Source: Rhodospirillales bacterium (GTDB lineage: Bacteria; Pseudomonadota; Alphaproteobacteria; Rhodospirillales; Defluviicoccaceae). From it: 59,461 nt of DNA. The translations under genes and the position numbers were made by a program. Of the stretch, positions 10,901 through 19,871 are shown one piece after another. Under the pieces are notes generated by a model. It had not been told where the DNA came from, did not search any database, and saw only the letters and a list, made by a program, of their open reading frames with translations. The stretch lies in NCBI GenBank assembly GCA_039808105.1, contig JBDHSN010000001.1, positions 1 through 59,461 on the forward strand, in the 5' to 3' direction. Each line of letters begins with the position of its first letter. Position 1 is the stretch's first letter.

Positions 10901-11019
10901 CCGACGTCCGCGGGCACTTCCACCGCCTGGTCGAGGAACCGGCCGCGTCAGCGCGCCGCCTGGCCGGCGCCGCTGCCGAACGCCCGCACCCCGGCCCGCT
11001 CATCGGAGAGAAATCATGA
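7978..11019 (+). CDS. glnE: Bifunctional glutamine synthetase adenylyltransferase/adenylyl-removing enzyme
   Basis: Two nucleotidyltransferase modules: GMGKLGAGELNYSSDIDL...DLRLRPD and GMGKLGGAEMTATSDLDL...DMRLRPSG. Start approximate. Confidence 0.95.
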   Translation: MSKLHPSFRSDPLPAAADADQARRGIDRWQDALAAKADPEDRQMADRLCADERCAALLAAIFGNSPFLTLMAELEPAFLVRLLVSGADAARDGLNADLQELRRRAIGGNDPGAALRHAKRRLALTTAIADIASVWPLERVTGALSSFAGAAMDVALSFLLASAAARNEVILAEPSDPLQRCGLIVLGMGKLGAGELNYSSDIDLIVFWDPERLRTAVAETRQRTAERLVRGLVRLMADRTRDGYVFRTDLRLRPDPGATPVAIPILAAEEYYETLGQNWERAALIKARPVAGDRIAGEEFLRWLKPFIWRKHLDFAAIQDIHSIKRQINAYRGGSRIKLAGHNVKLGRGGIREIEFFAQTQQLIWGGRIPSVRRTGTIDALAALAHAGKISADVAAEMTVAYRYLRRVEHRLQMINDAQTHSLPDDPEKLDALAGFLGYPSLEPFAEALLATLRRVETHYAELFEDAPALTLPGTVGGNLVFTGGEADPETLATLQRLGFSNVQTIDAAVRGWHHGRCRAMRSVRARELLTELLPHLLKALAAKPDPDAAFLAFDRFLNGLPAGVQLFSMFHANPPLLGLVTDILGVAPALADHLARRPSVLESVLSAPDFFQPPIPLEDLEEELQGILDQARDFEDTLDLARRWANDRRFQVGVQALKSLIDTKAAGAAWSRVAEAALRRLLPLIEAEFARTHGRIAGCDMAILGMGKLGGAEMTATSDLDLIFIYCTPPEGAHSDGRRPLPAPLYFARLSQRLINAITAPTAEGRLYEVDMRLRPSGKAGPIAVSSTTFARYQLEDAWVWEQMALTRARVIAGPAALAADIEAAIRTVLTRRRDPLALVVDVAEMREKMAAEHPTKSLWEPKHVRGGLIDIEFIAQYLQLREAHAHPQVLSQNTFIALSRLGDAGILMPQAARELRNALALWQAVQARIRLNIGTGITAEGGDDAPRSLKVAADGIAGLDFPTLVARLHRAAADVRGHFHRLVEEPAASARRLAGAAAERPHPGPLIGEKS

Positions 11020-11504
11020 CGCTTGCTGCAGGTACGCCCCTACCCGACTTCTCGCTGCCGCTCGATGACGGCAGCACCCTGACAGCGGCGAGCCTGTCCG
11101 GCCGGACGACCGTCCTCTACTTCTATCCGAAGGACGATACCTCGGGCTGTACCAGCGAAGCCAAGGCCTTCCGCGACGCGCTGCCGGCGTTCGCCGAGGC
11201 AGGCATTGCCGTCATCGGCGTCTCCGTCGATCCGATCGCCAGCCACCTCAAGTTCCGCACCAAGCACGCTCTGAACTTCCCGCTCGCCTCCGACAGCGAG
11301 AAATCGCTGGCGACGGCGCTCGGCCTGTGGGTGGAGAAGAGCATGTACGGCAGGAAATACATGGGGATGGAGCGCACCACCCTGCTCATCGACGCCGCCG
11401 GCGTCATTCGCCACGTCTGGCGGAAGGTGAAGGTGACAGGCCATGTGGCTGACGTTTTGCAGGTAGCGCGCGAACTGGCGGCGCAACAGGCCGCCTCCGC
11501 CTGA
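11016..11504 (+). CDS. bcp: Peroxiredoxin (BCP/PrxQ)
   Basis: YFYPKDDTSGCT and EKSMYGRKYMG; ATGA overlap with the glnE stop. Confidence 0.93.
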   Translation: MTLAAGTPLPDFSLPLDDGSTLTAASLSGRTTVLYFYPKDDTSGCTSEAKAFRDALPAFAEAGIAVIGVSVDPIASHLKFRTKHALNFPLASDSEKSLATALGLWVEKSMYGRKYMGMERTTLLIDAAGVIRHVWRKVKVTGHVADVLQVARELAAQQAASA

Positions 11505-11658
11505 GCGCTCCCGCCGCGGGGTTGACGGGGGCACGCCGCGCGTTGCGTGTCCCCATCGATTCTGCTAGGGCGTTCGGGCAAAGGGCGGCGGCTGGCTCCG
11601 ACCGCGACAAATATCGGCACCGCCGGGCTGACCGATAAGGCCGTGCACACGGGAGACT

Positions 11659-12123
11659 ATGATGTCAGAAACCGAAATCGATAAACCCGCCGTTCTCGCC
11701 ATTCTCAACCAGATCCTCGAAGCCGAGCTGGCCGGCGTCGTCCGCTACACCCACTATTCGCTGATGGTCTACGGCTACGGCCGCATCCCGATTGTCGACT
11801 GGCTGCGTGGCCAGGCGAGCGAGTCGCTGCTGCATGCCCAGGACGCCGGCGAGTACATCACCTCGCTCGGCGGCCATCCCTCGCTCGGCATCGGCAAGCT
11901 GCTCGAAAGCGAAAAGCACGACATCGGCGCCATCCTGCGCGAGTCGCTGGAGCATGAGCGCGCGGCGCTGGCGCTCTACCGCTCGCTGCTCAAGCTCGTC
12001 GAAGACCGCGAGATCATGCTCGAGGAGTACGCCCGCCAGATGGTGGCGGCGGAAAGCAAGCACGTCACCGAAGTCGACAAGATGCTGCGCATGCCGGGCG
12101 AACTGCAGCCGTTCAGCATGTGA
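11659..12123 (+). CDS. Ferritin-like / bacterioferritin-like protein
   Basis: Diiron-type ligands in LEAELAG, ESLLHA, EHERAA and ESKHV; GGAGA SD. Confidence 0.85.
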   Translation: MMSETEIDKPAVLAILNQILEAELAGVVRYTHYSLMVYGYGRIPIVDWLRGQASESLLHAQDAGEYITSLGGHPSLGIGKLLESEKHDIGAILRESLEHERAALALYRSLLKLVEDREIMLEEYARQMVAAESKHVTEVDKMLRMPGELQPFSM

Positions 12124-12263
12124 GAGCGGCAGGCTGACGGTTCACCGCCGTCAGCGATCTACCCTTTCCTCCGGGCGATAGAGCGAAGCGGTCGCCGTCA
12201 CCGCCGATACCCGTAACGAAGAACCGGCTGTCTCCGTCATTCGCGAACGGCTCGCCCGGCCTG

Positions 12264-13661
12264 TTACCCCGACGCATCGGGCCGGGCGGCCGCCGACAGC
12301 GGCGGGAATTCCGGGTCGTCGCTGTCCTCGCGGCGAACGGCGGGATTGTATTTCAGGCAGTTGGGCACACAGGCGCACTCGCGACCGATCCGGATCGGCG
12401 CGATCCGCCCCTCCCCGCGCAGCTGGTAGAGGCGGGGCACCACCTTGTCGCGCAGCCCCTCGGGGTCGATGGTGTTGACGTAAATCCGGGTGCCCCCCTC
12501 GAAGCCGGCGGGATTGGAGATCCGCCACTTGATCAGGGTGCGCCAGGGCATCGGCGTATCCGCATCCGGCGGCTTGTAGTGCCATTCCTCGTTGCACGGG
12601 ATCGCCGAGCCCATCGCCGCATGGCAGGCGTGAACCAGATCGGAGACGTCGCGAAGCTGCTCGGCGGTGTGGTTCCACGGCTGGCTGCGCTCGCCCTTCG
12701 AGTAGATCTCCAGCGTCGGAAAGCGGTGACCGAAGCCGGCGAAGGCGATGGCGTGGTCGTTCTCGGCGAAGACGAGGTTGCGGTACCCCGCGAAATTCAC
12801 CGCCACCTCGTTGTAGATGTTGGGATTGGCCCGGGCGAGGCGGATCTCCATGTCGTTGTAGACGCCGCGCTCGTCGATCGCCACCAGCTGCTTGTGCAGA
12901 TGGTCGAACGACGCACCGGCCGGCGCCAGCCAGTTCTGGAACACCGCGACATAGCGCACGTAGCGGTTCTCCAGGTAGATGTCGCGCAGCGCATCGATGG
13001 TGAAGCGCAGGTACTGGTAGTGCTCCTCCGGCGACAGCGCCCCGGAGGAGGCCAGTTCGCTGTCGTGCGTCGCCCCATCGACGAAGTGCCGCCGGCCGAT
13101 GATCAGTTCGTGGCCGCCGCCGAAAAAGGCCTTGGCCGCCGCCAGCTTGTCTTCCACCGGCATGGTTGCGAGCACGGCGGCGTCAACGCCGGACAGCCGC
13201 ATCCGCGCCTCGATGACGGCAAGGACATGTCGGCGCCCGGCCTCGCTGGTGATATAGGCCCGCATCCGCGCCGCCAGCGGCTCGGTCAGCTCGTGCCCGT
13301 AGTTGTTCTGCCAGTAATCCCAGGAGACGATCTCGAAGAGGTTGGGGACCCGGCGGAACTCGGCCTGCGTCTCGAACAGCGCCTCGGCGGGCAGCGCCTT
13401 CAGGGTCAGCCAGCCCTCGCCGGTGCGGACCAGCCGCGCCTTCTCCGGCGGCGTCTCGAGCAGCCGGCTGGGGCAGAACGCACAGCTGGCGTGATGATGC
13501 CCGGGCTCGATCGGCGCACCGGACTTGCCGTGGTTGCCGAGCGGGCGGTGACCGCGCCCCGGCACCGTCCACACCTCGGTCCCGGTGAACGGGTTCATCT
13601 GCTTGACGGTGCCGTCCGCCATCCGCTGCAGGTAGCTGGACGGGTGGATCTCTGGAAACAT
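12264..13661 (-). CDS. GalT/HIT-like nucleotidyltransferase (DUF4921-like)
   Basis: N-terminal NPFTG..VW..PGRGHRP, CAFCP, FQNW...AGASFDHLHKQ (HxHxQ) and AGFEGGT. Confidence 0.7.
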   Translation of the reverse strand: MFPEIHPSSYLQRMADGTVKQMNPFTGTEVWTVPGRGHRPLGNHGKSGAPIEPGHHHASCAFCPSRLLETPPEKARLVRTGEGWLTLKALPAEALFETQAEFRRVPNLFEIVSWDYWQNNYGHELTEPLAARMRAYITSEAGRRHVLAVIEARMRLSGVDAAVLATMPVEDKLAAAKAFFGGGHELIIGRRHFVDGATHDSELASSGALSPEEHYQYLRFTIDALRDIYLENRYVRYVAVFQNWLAPAGASFDHLHKQLVAIDERGVYNDMEIRLARANPNIYNEVAVNFAGYRNLVFAENDHAIAFAGFGHRFPTLEIYSKGERSQPWNHTAEQLRDVSDLVHACHAAMGSAIPCNEEWHYKPPDADTPMPWRTLIKWRISNPAGFEGGTRIYVNTIDPEGLRDKVVPRLYQLRGEGRIAPIRIGRECACVPNCLKYNPAVRREDSDDPEFPPLSAAARPDASG

Positions 13662-13706
13662 GCTGCTCGCCTTCCCCTCCGCCGGTCCCTACCCGCCCCC
13701 CGCTGC

Positions 13707-14132
13707 TCAGGCCCCGGTCATGAGCTGAAGGCGGCGGAACAACCCGGCTCCGGCATCGAACAGGAAGGCGCCGGGCGCCGCCGCCTCACCGCACCGGACC
13801 GCGACCAGCAGCCAGATCAGCTCCGGCTCGAACGCCATCGCCGCATCATGCGCGGAAGGCTCGTCCGGGCCGTCCGGGTGGGAGTGATAGTGGCCGACGA
13901 TGCCGCTGTCGCCGCCGCGCAGCCTTCGCATCAGCGTCAACCGCAAGGCCGGATCAACCTCGAACCGTCGCCGGCGATCCCCGGCGACGTTGGCGCTTTC
14001 GGCGGCTTCGTCGACATGAACAGCGCGCGCGCTCCGGCGGCCGATCAGCAGACCACAGCATTCCTCCGGATAGGCGCGCTCGGCAGCCGCGGCGATGCCG
14101 CTGATGATCCCGCTGCCGGCGATGACGATCAT
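13707..14132 (-). CDS. Mov34/MPN/JAB (M67) metallopeptidase
   Basis: YPEECCG...GHYHSHP...PSAHD JAMM motif; ATGA overlap with the upstream gene. Confidence 0.9.
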   Translation of the reverse strand: MIVIAGSGIISGIAAAAERAYPEECCGLLIGRRSARAVHVDEAAESANVAGDRRRRFEVDPALRLTLMRRLRGGDSGIVGHYHSHPDGPDEPSAHDAAMAFEPELIWLLVAVRCGEAAAPGAFLFDAGAGLFRRLQLMTGA

Positions 14133-14470
14133 GGCGCCAGCACGATGCTGCCGAGCAGCCGGCCGGCGCCGTCGAAGACGATGATCCGCTCGCACAGGCC
14201 GGTCGGACCGGTGCGCACGTAGAGCCGGTCACCCGCCGGCCGCATCTCGACCGCCGTGCACCCCGGCGGCAGCGGGAAGCGGACCTCGCCAAAGGCGGCA
14301 GCGGCGGGCGCCTGGAACGGCGCCGACCCGGCGAGCGGTGGCGCAACGGCGCTGGCTCCGTCGGCCGGATCCACGCGCTTCAACTTGGTATAGAATCCCC
14401 AGCCCAGCAGGCCGATGCTGACGACGATCAGCACGCCGAGCCCGACAACGACCAGCTTGAGCGCCTGCAT
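14129..14470 (-). CDS. Hypothetical membrane-anchored protein
   Basis: 113 aa with an N-terminal TM (MQALKLVVVGLGVLIV); coupled to the JAB gene. Confidence 0.7.
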   Translation of the reverse strand: MQALKLVVVGLGVLIVVSIGLLGWGFYTKLKRVDPADGASAVAPPLAGSAPFQAPAAAAFGEVRFPLPPGCTAVEMRPAGDRLYVRTGPTGLCERIIVFDGAGRLLGSIVLAP

Positions 14471-15449
14471 GCCGCCTCATCCGCCGGAAAACATCCCGAA
14501 GGGCACCACTTACACTGTCGTGGTCGAGCCCGACAAGGCAGGAAGCCGCCTCGACCGCCTGCTCGCCGACAGCCTGCCAGACCTCTCCCGCACCCGGCTG
14601 CAGGCGCTGATCACCGGCGGCCGCGTCGCGTCCGGTCATGGCACGGCCGACGATCCGGCGATGCGGGTACGGCCGGGACAGGCCTTCACCGTCACGGTGC
14701 CGCCGCAGCCCCCGGAAATGCCGCAGCCGCAGGCGATTCCTCTCGACGTGGTTTACGAGGACGAGCACCTGCTGGTGATCGACAAGCCGGCCGGCCTCGT
14801 GGTCCATCCCGGCGCCGGCAACCCCGACGGTACCCTGGTGAATGCGCTGCTGGCGCATACCGCCGGCAAGCTCTCGTCGATCGGAGCGCCGTTGCGGCCG
14901 GGGATCGTCCACCGCATCGACAAGGACACCAGCGGGCTGCTGGTGGTGGCGAAAACCGATGCGGCTCACCGTGATCTGGCCGAGCAGTTCGCCCGGCACT
15001 CGGTGGAGCGTGCCTATCACGCCATCGTGGCTGGCCAGCCAAGGCCGCCATCTGGAAAGATCATGCGTGCAATTGCGCGTGGCCCCGATCGTGTACGCAT
15101 GACGACGGTGGAACGCGGCGGCAAGCCGGCGGTTACATACTACCGAACGATGGTCGCTTACGGCGCGCGGGCCAGCCTTGTCGAGTGTCGGCTGGCGACC
15201 GGCAGGACGCATCAGATCAGGGTACACATGGCGTTCATTGGACATCCGATCGTCGGAGATGCAGTCTATGGCAAAGGTGGCACAAGGCTTGCTCAGAGGA
15301 ACATCAGTGCCGCACCGGGTTTTTCGCGTCAGGCGCTTCACGCCTGTTTGATAGGGTTTCGCCATCCCGATACCTTTGCCACGCTGCGGTTTCAATCAGC
15401 GATGCCGACTGATATCAATATCTTAATTAGAACTTTAGAGTGTCTTTAA
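14469..15449 (+). CDS. rluD: RluA/RluD-family pseudouridine synthase
   Basis: S4 domain (RLDR..LSRTR), IDKPAGLVVHPG, HRIDKDTSG and TGRTHQIRVH. Start approximate. Confidence 0.92.
   Translation: MPPHPPENIPKGTTYTVVVEPDKAGSRLDRLLADSLPDLSRTRLQALITGGRVASGHGTADDPAMRVRPGQAFTVTVPPQPPEMPQPQAIPLDVVYEDEHLLVIDKPAGLVVHPGAGNPDGTLVNALLAHTAGKLSSIGAPLRPGIVHRIDKDTSGLLVVAKTDAAHRDLAEQFARHSVERAYHAIVAGQPRPPSGKIMRAIARGPDRVRMTTVERGGKPAVTYYRTMVAYGARASLVECRLATGRTHQIRVHMAFIGHPIVGDAVYGKGGTRLAQRNISAAPGFSRQALHACLIGFRHPDTFATLRFQSAMPTDINILIRTLECL
15278..15293 (+). promoter_or_regulatory. Candidate sigma54 promoter inside rluD, upstream of rpoH
   Basis: TGGCACAAGGCTTGCT, a full -24/-12 consensus about 265 nt before the rpoH ATG. 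Confidence 0.45.
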
Positions 15450-15558
15450 CGCATGCTATACTAAAGCCCGATAGTTGGATAAGATCGTAGAGGAGAACGT
15501 GGAGCAGCCAAAGGACGGTGGAGGGATTTCGCTAAACGCTGGGAAGGAGGAATAAGAG

Positions 15559-16443
15559 ATGCCGGGACCCACGTTGGAACTGGGCATTTCACCAGATCGG
15601 AATCTCGCCCGGTATCTGCAGAGCATTCGCAAATTCCCGATGTTGGAGCCCTCGGAAGAGTTTGCGCTGGCCAAGCGCTGGGTAGAGCACGGGGACGAGA
15701 AGGCCGCACACACGCTGGTCACCAGCCATTTGCGGCTGGTGGCCAAGATTGCCATGGGCTACCGCGGCTATGGTTTGCCGCTGGGTGAGCTGATTTCCGA
15801 AGGCAATGTCGGCATGATGCAGGCGGTCATGCGGTTCGATCCGGACCGTGGCTTTCGCCTCGCCACGTATGCCATGTGGTGGATCAGGGCGTCGATCCAG
15901 GAGTACATCCTGCACTCCTGGTCGCTGGTGAAGATGGGCACGACAGCGGCGCAGAAGAAGCTGTTCTTCAACCTGCGCAAGCTGAAGGGGCAGATGCAGG
16001 CGATCGACGAGGGCGATCTCTCGCCGGAGCACGTCAACACCATCGCCACCAAGCTGAACGTCTCCGAGGCGGACGTGGTGCAGATGAACCGCCGCATTGG
16101 TAATCCGGATACGTCGCTCAACGCGCCGCTGCGCGAAGAGGGCGACGGCGAGTGGCAGGACTGGCTCGTCGATCAGGACGAAGGCCAGGAGGTCCGGCTC
16201 GCCGGGGCGGAAGAGCTGACCAGCCGCCGCGAGCTTCTCGCCGGCGCCATGCAGACGCTGAGCGACCGGGAGCGGCAGATCGTCTCGGAACGCCGGCTGA
16301 AGGAGAACCCGACAACGCTGGAGCATCTCAGCCAGCGCTTCGGCATCTCCCGGGAGCGCGTCCGCCAGATCGAGGTGCGCGCGTTCGAGAAGCTGCAAAA
16401 GTCGGTGAAGAACGCCGTCATCGAGCAGCGGCTGTCGCACTGA
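15559..16443 (+). CDS. rpoH: RNA polymerase sigma factor RpoH (sigma32)
   Basis: RpoH box QKKLFFNLR, YRGYGLP, SRERVRQIE; strong SD AGGAGG. Confidence 0.97.
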   Translation: MPGPTLELGISPDRNLARYLQSIRKFPMLEPSEEFALAKRWVEHGDEKAAHTLVTSHLRLVAKIAMGYRGYGLPLGELISEGNVGMMQAVMRFDPDRGFRLATYAMWWIRASIQEYILHSWSLVKMGTTAAQKKLFFNLRKLKGQMQAIDEGDLSPEHVNTIATKLNVSEADVVQMNRRIGNPDTSLNAPLREEGDGEWQDWLVDQDEGQEVRLAGAEELTSRRELLAGAMQTLSDRERQIVSERRLKENPTTLEHLSQRFGISRERVRQIEVRAFEKLQKSVKNAVIEQRLSH

Positions 16444-16457
16444 CGGACAAGGCTGTC

Positions 16458-16490
16458 CGACATACCCGGCGAAGGGGACCGGGTATGTCG
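16458..16490 (+). terminator. Stem-loop after rpoH
   Basis: CGACATACCCGG-N9-CCGGGTATGTCG, a perfect 12-bp stem; no clear U-tract. Confidence 0.5.
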
Positions 16491-16637
16491 ATGGCCGCAA
16501 CTGCCCGCACCACCCGTTTCTCAAACTCGCTAATCCCGCAAGCCTGACCGGGCACTCTTGCCAGCGGGAGCCTGACGGTGTTCTGTTGCGCCGGCGCGCC
16601 CCTTCGCGAGCCGCCGCCGATGAACCGAGGAACGCCG

Positions 16638-17591
16638 ATGCCGCTCACCGTCGCCATCCAGATGGACCCGATCGAACGGATCGACATCGATGCCGATTCA
16701 ACCTTCGCGCTGGCGCTGGAGGCCCAGCGGCGCGGCCACATGCTGTGGCACTACCTGCCGCAGGACCTGACCTTCTCGGCCGGCTCGGTTTTTGCGCGGG
16801 CGCGGCCGCTTGAGGTGAAGCGGCAGCGCGGCGACCATTTCCGGCTGGGTGGCGAGGAAGTGCTCGACCTCGGCTCGCTGGACATGGTGCTGATGCGCCA
16901 GGATCCGCCGTTCGACATGGCCTACATCACCGCCACCCACATCCTGCAGCACATCCACCCGAAGACCTTCGTCGTCAACGATCCGGTCGAGGTGCGCAAC
17001 GCGCCGGAGAAGCTGTTCGTCACCCACTTCCCCGAGCTGATGCCGCCGACGCTGATCACCTCCGACCGGGCGGCGATCCGCGCCTTCCGCGAGGAGCACG
17101 AGGACATCATCTTGAAGCCGCTGTTCGGCAACGGCGGCGCCGGCGTCTTCCACGTCGATCCCGACGACGACAACCTCAACGCGCTGCTGGAGATGTTCAC
17201 CCAGTTCTACCGCGAGCCGATCGTCGTCCAGCGCTACCTGCCGGAGATCCGCGAAGGCGACAAGCGCATCATCCTCATCGACGGCAGGGCCGCCGGCGCC
17301 GTCGCCCGCGTCCCCAGGCCGGGCGAGGCGCGCGCCAACCTGCACGTCGGCGCCCGCGCCGAGAAGGCGACGCTCAGCGCCCGCGACCGCGAGATCTGCG
17401 AGACCATCGGGCCCGAGCTCAGCAAGCGCGGCCTGCTGTTCGTCGGCATCGACGTGATCGGCGACTACCTCACCGAGATCAACGTCACCTCGCCCACCGG
17501 CATCCAGGAAATCGGCCGCTTCGACGGCGTCTCGCTGGAAGCGCAGCTGTGGGACGCGTTCGAGATGCGCCGCCGGCCCGAAACCGCCTGA
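16638..17591 (+). CDS. gshB: Glutathione synthetase
   Basis: [30 protein letters not shown] and EINVTSPTG. Confidence 0.96.
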   Translation: MPLTVAIQMDPIERIDIDADSTFALALEAQRRGHMLWHYLPQDLTFSAGSVFARARPLEVKRQRGDHFRLGGEEVLDLGSLDMVLMRQDPPFDMAYITATHILQHIHPKTFVVNDPVEVRNAPEKLFVTHFPELMPPTLITSDRAAIRAFREEHEDIILKPLFGNGGAGVFHVDPDDDNLNALLEMFTQFYREPIVVQRYLPEIREGDKRIILIDGRAAGAVARVPRPGEARANLHVGARAEKATLSARDREICETIGPELSKRGLLFVGIDVIGDYLTEINVTSPTGIQEIGRFDGVSLEAQLWDAFEMRRRPETA

Positions 17592-17627
17592 CCTCCGCCT
17601 CCGCAACTCCTGATCAGGACTGCTTCG

Positions 17628-18413
17628 ATGCCCCTTTCCCTGGCCTTCCGGGAGTATGGCGCCGGGCCGCCGCTGGTGATCCTGCACGGGCTGTTCGGCT
17701 CGCAGCGGAACTGGCAGTCGATGGCCGAGCGGCTGGGCCAGCAGTACCGGGTGTTTGCCTGCGACCTGCGCAACCACGGTGACTCGCCGTGGGCGCCCTC
17801 GATGCGCTTCGAGGAGATGGCCGACGATCTGGAAGCGCTGATCGAGGCGAAGGGGCTGGCGCCGGCGACGGTGCTGGGCCACAGCGTCGGCGGCAAGACG
17901 GCGATGCTGACGGCGCTGCGTCATCCCGATGCCCTCGACGCGCTGATCGTCGTGGATATCGCCCCCGTCACCTACAAAGAGCCGTTCCTCGCCTACATCG
18001 CGGCGATGCAGGCTGCCGACCTGGGACCCGGCTGCCGCCGCGGCGATGTCGAGGCGGCGCTGGCCGCGGCGATACCAGACACCGGCACCCGGCTGTTCCT
18101 GCTGCAGAACCTGGAGGAGCAGCCGGCGGCGGGCGGCTACGCCTGGCGGGTCAACCTCGATGCCATCGCCGCGAACATGCCGGTGTTGCTGGGGTTTCCC
18201 GACACCGAGGACCTGGCCTACGAGGGCCGGGCGCTGTTTGTGTCCGGCGCCGCCTCCAATTACATCGGGCGCGCCCACCAGGGCGCCGTCTGGGACCGGT
18301 TTCCGCAGGCGGAGTTCGCCGTCATCAACGGCGCCGGCCACTATCCGCACGTCGAGCAGCCCGACGCCTTCTACGACCGCGTCACCCTGTTCCTCGACAG
18401 CGCCTACGCCTGA
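17628..18413 (+). CDS. Alpha/beta hydrolase (YbfF/ABHD11-like esterase)
   Basis: LHGLFGS, DLRNHG, GHSVGG nucleophile elbow and AGHYPH. Confidence 0.9.
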   Translation: MPLSLAFREYGAGPPLVILHGLFGSQRNWQSMAERLGQQYRVFACDLRNHGDSPWAPSMRFEEMADDLEALIEAKGLAPATVLGHSVGGKTAMLTALRHPDALDALIVVDIAPVTYKEPFLAYIAAMQAADLGPGCRRGDVEAALAAAIPDTGTRLFLLQNLEEQPAAGGYAWRVNLDAIAANMPVLLGFPDTEDLAYEGRALFVSGAASNYIGRAHQGAVWDRFPQAEFAVINGAGHYPHVEQPDAFYDRVTLFLDSAYA

Positions 18414-18437
18414 CGCGTCCCCCGTCGCTGCCCCGCC

Positions 18438-19871
18438 CTACTGCGGCATGCGCACCCGCCACAGGCTCTGCTTGCCGCCGTACTCCAGCACGTAGATGTC
18501 GCGGCCGACGATCTCGGCATCGATGGGACTGCTGAAGCCGCCGACGATGCGGGTGGCGTGCAGCGTATAGCTGCCGCCGGCCTTGGTGAGGGCGAGGAAC
18601 AGCAGATCCTGGCTGGGGTCCTTGAACGGCCCGGCGATCTGGTCGCCGGTGGCCGAGCCTTTCGTCCAGCTCAGCATGAAGCCGCCGCCCCGGTAAGGCG
18701 CGGCGAGCACGCGGGCGCGGTCGAAGACGAGGCCGAGCGGGCTGCGATGCGGCGTGAAGGTGCTGAACGGCAGCCCTTGCGCGCTCGCGTCCTTCACCGT
18801 GCCATCGGCGGGATCCCGGTATTTGTCGGCGTCAGGCCCCAGATTGCGGACCGGCTCGACGAAGGGGATGTTTGGCCGCGGCGGATAGGTGGGATCGTTG
18901 TAGTAGTAGCCCTTCTTGACCGCATCGGAGAACGGGTTGAGCAGCCGGTCGGTTGCCGGGTTGTAGTCCGGATACTGCATCGGGTTGTTGTTGCCGCCGA
19001 TCCGCCAGGGAAAGCCGTAGTGCTTGCCCTGCTGCAGCCAGTTCAGCTCCTCCGGATCGTCGCGTCCCGGCCCGTTCTCGGTGCCGAACAGATCGCCGTT
19101 GGGAGCAAAGGCGAAGTCGAAGGTGTTGCGGATGCCTTCCGCGAAGATATAGCCGCTGCTGCGCAGCCACGCCCGGTCATCGCGCAGCAGCAGATTCTTC
19201 GCTGATGTGGGCAGGCGCAGGATAGAGGCGGTCAGCCCGCTCTCGCGCAGGCCGGGATAGAGACCACCCGCCGTCTGGATCTCGCCGTGATCGGTGCGCG
19301 AGCCGCTGTTGACGTAGAGGGAGGCGCCCGACGGATCGACGATAATGCCGTTGAAGCGATGATCGTACGCCGTGGCACTGCGCGGGTAAGGATCGCTGCG
19401 GGCCAGCACCGACCAGATGCGCGGACTGCCGACCGGCTTCACTCCCTTGACGATGGTCGCGCGGGTCTGGGTGCCGGGCACGTCCTCGTTGTTGACCAGG
19501 AAGAAGGTTCCTGCCGGGCCGATGGCAAAGCCTTGCAGCCACGTCTGACCATGATCACCGGCATCGGCAACCAGCGTCTGGGTGCCGGCGGCGAGGTTGA
19601 CCCGGTAGATCTGGCCGCCGCGCTTGACGTAGTAGAGCGATCCGTCGCTCGGATCGCGGGCCAGCCGGATCGAATCCGAACCGCCCCCGGCGGTATCCAT
19701 CACCTTCGTCAGCGTGATGTTGGCGCGCAGCGACTGCGGCGCCGCCGCCGCCGGATGCAGCCACACCAGCGCCGCTGCCGCCAGCGCCAGCGAGAACGCT
19801 GCAAGACGGCATGCACCGCGCCCCGTGCCGGCCCTGCCGGCGAACGCTGTGGCGAAAGCGCGCATGGACAT
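18438..19871 (-). CDS. Secreted PQQ-dependent glucose/sorbosone dehydrogenase-family beta-propeller protein
   Basis: Signal peptide, GIRNTFDFAF, TENGP..DPEELN, HYGFPW and HRSPLGL. Confidence 0.75.
   Translation of the reverse strand: MSMRAFATAFAGRAGTGRGACRLAAFSLALAAAALVWLHPAAAAPQSLRANITLTKVMDTAGGGSDSIRLARDPSDGSLYYVKRGGQIYRVNLAAGTQTLVADAGDHGQTWLQGFAIGPAGTFFLVNNEDVPGTQTRATIVKGVKPVGSPRIWSVLARSDPYPRSATAYDHRFNGIIVDPSGASLYVNSGSRTDHGEIQTAGGLYPGLRESGLTASILRLPTSAKNLLLRDDRAWLRSSGYIFAEGIRNTFDFAFAPNGDLFGTENGPGRDDPEELNWLQQGKHYGFPWRIGGNNNPMQYPDYNPATDRLLNPFSDAVKKGYYYNDPTYPPRPNIPFVEPVRNLGPDADKYRDPADGTVKDASAQGLPFSTFTPHRSPLGLVFDRARVLAAPYRGGGFMLSWTKGSATGDQIAGPFKDPSQDLLFLALTKAGGSYTLHATRIVGGFSSPIDAEIVGRDIYVLEYGGKQSLWRVRMPQ

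Noticed and set aside
13707-14132. JAB peptidase as part of a CBASS or ubiquitin-like defence or sulfur-carrier system
   Set aside because: No E1/E2, ubiquitin-like protein, CD-NTase or cysteine synthase is adjacent; the rhodanese is 28 kb away.
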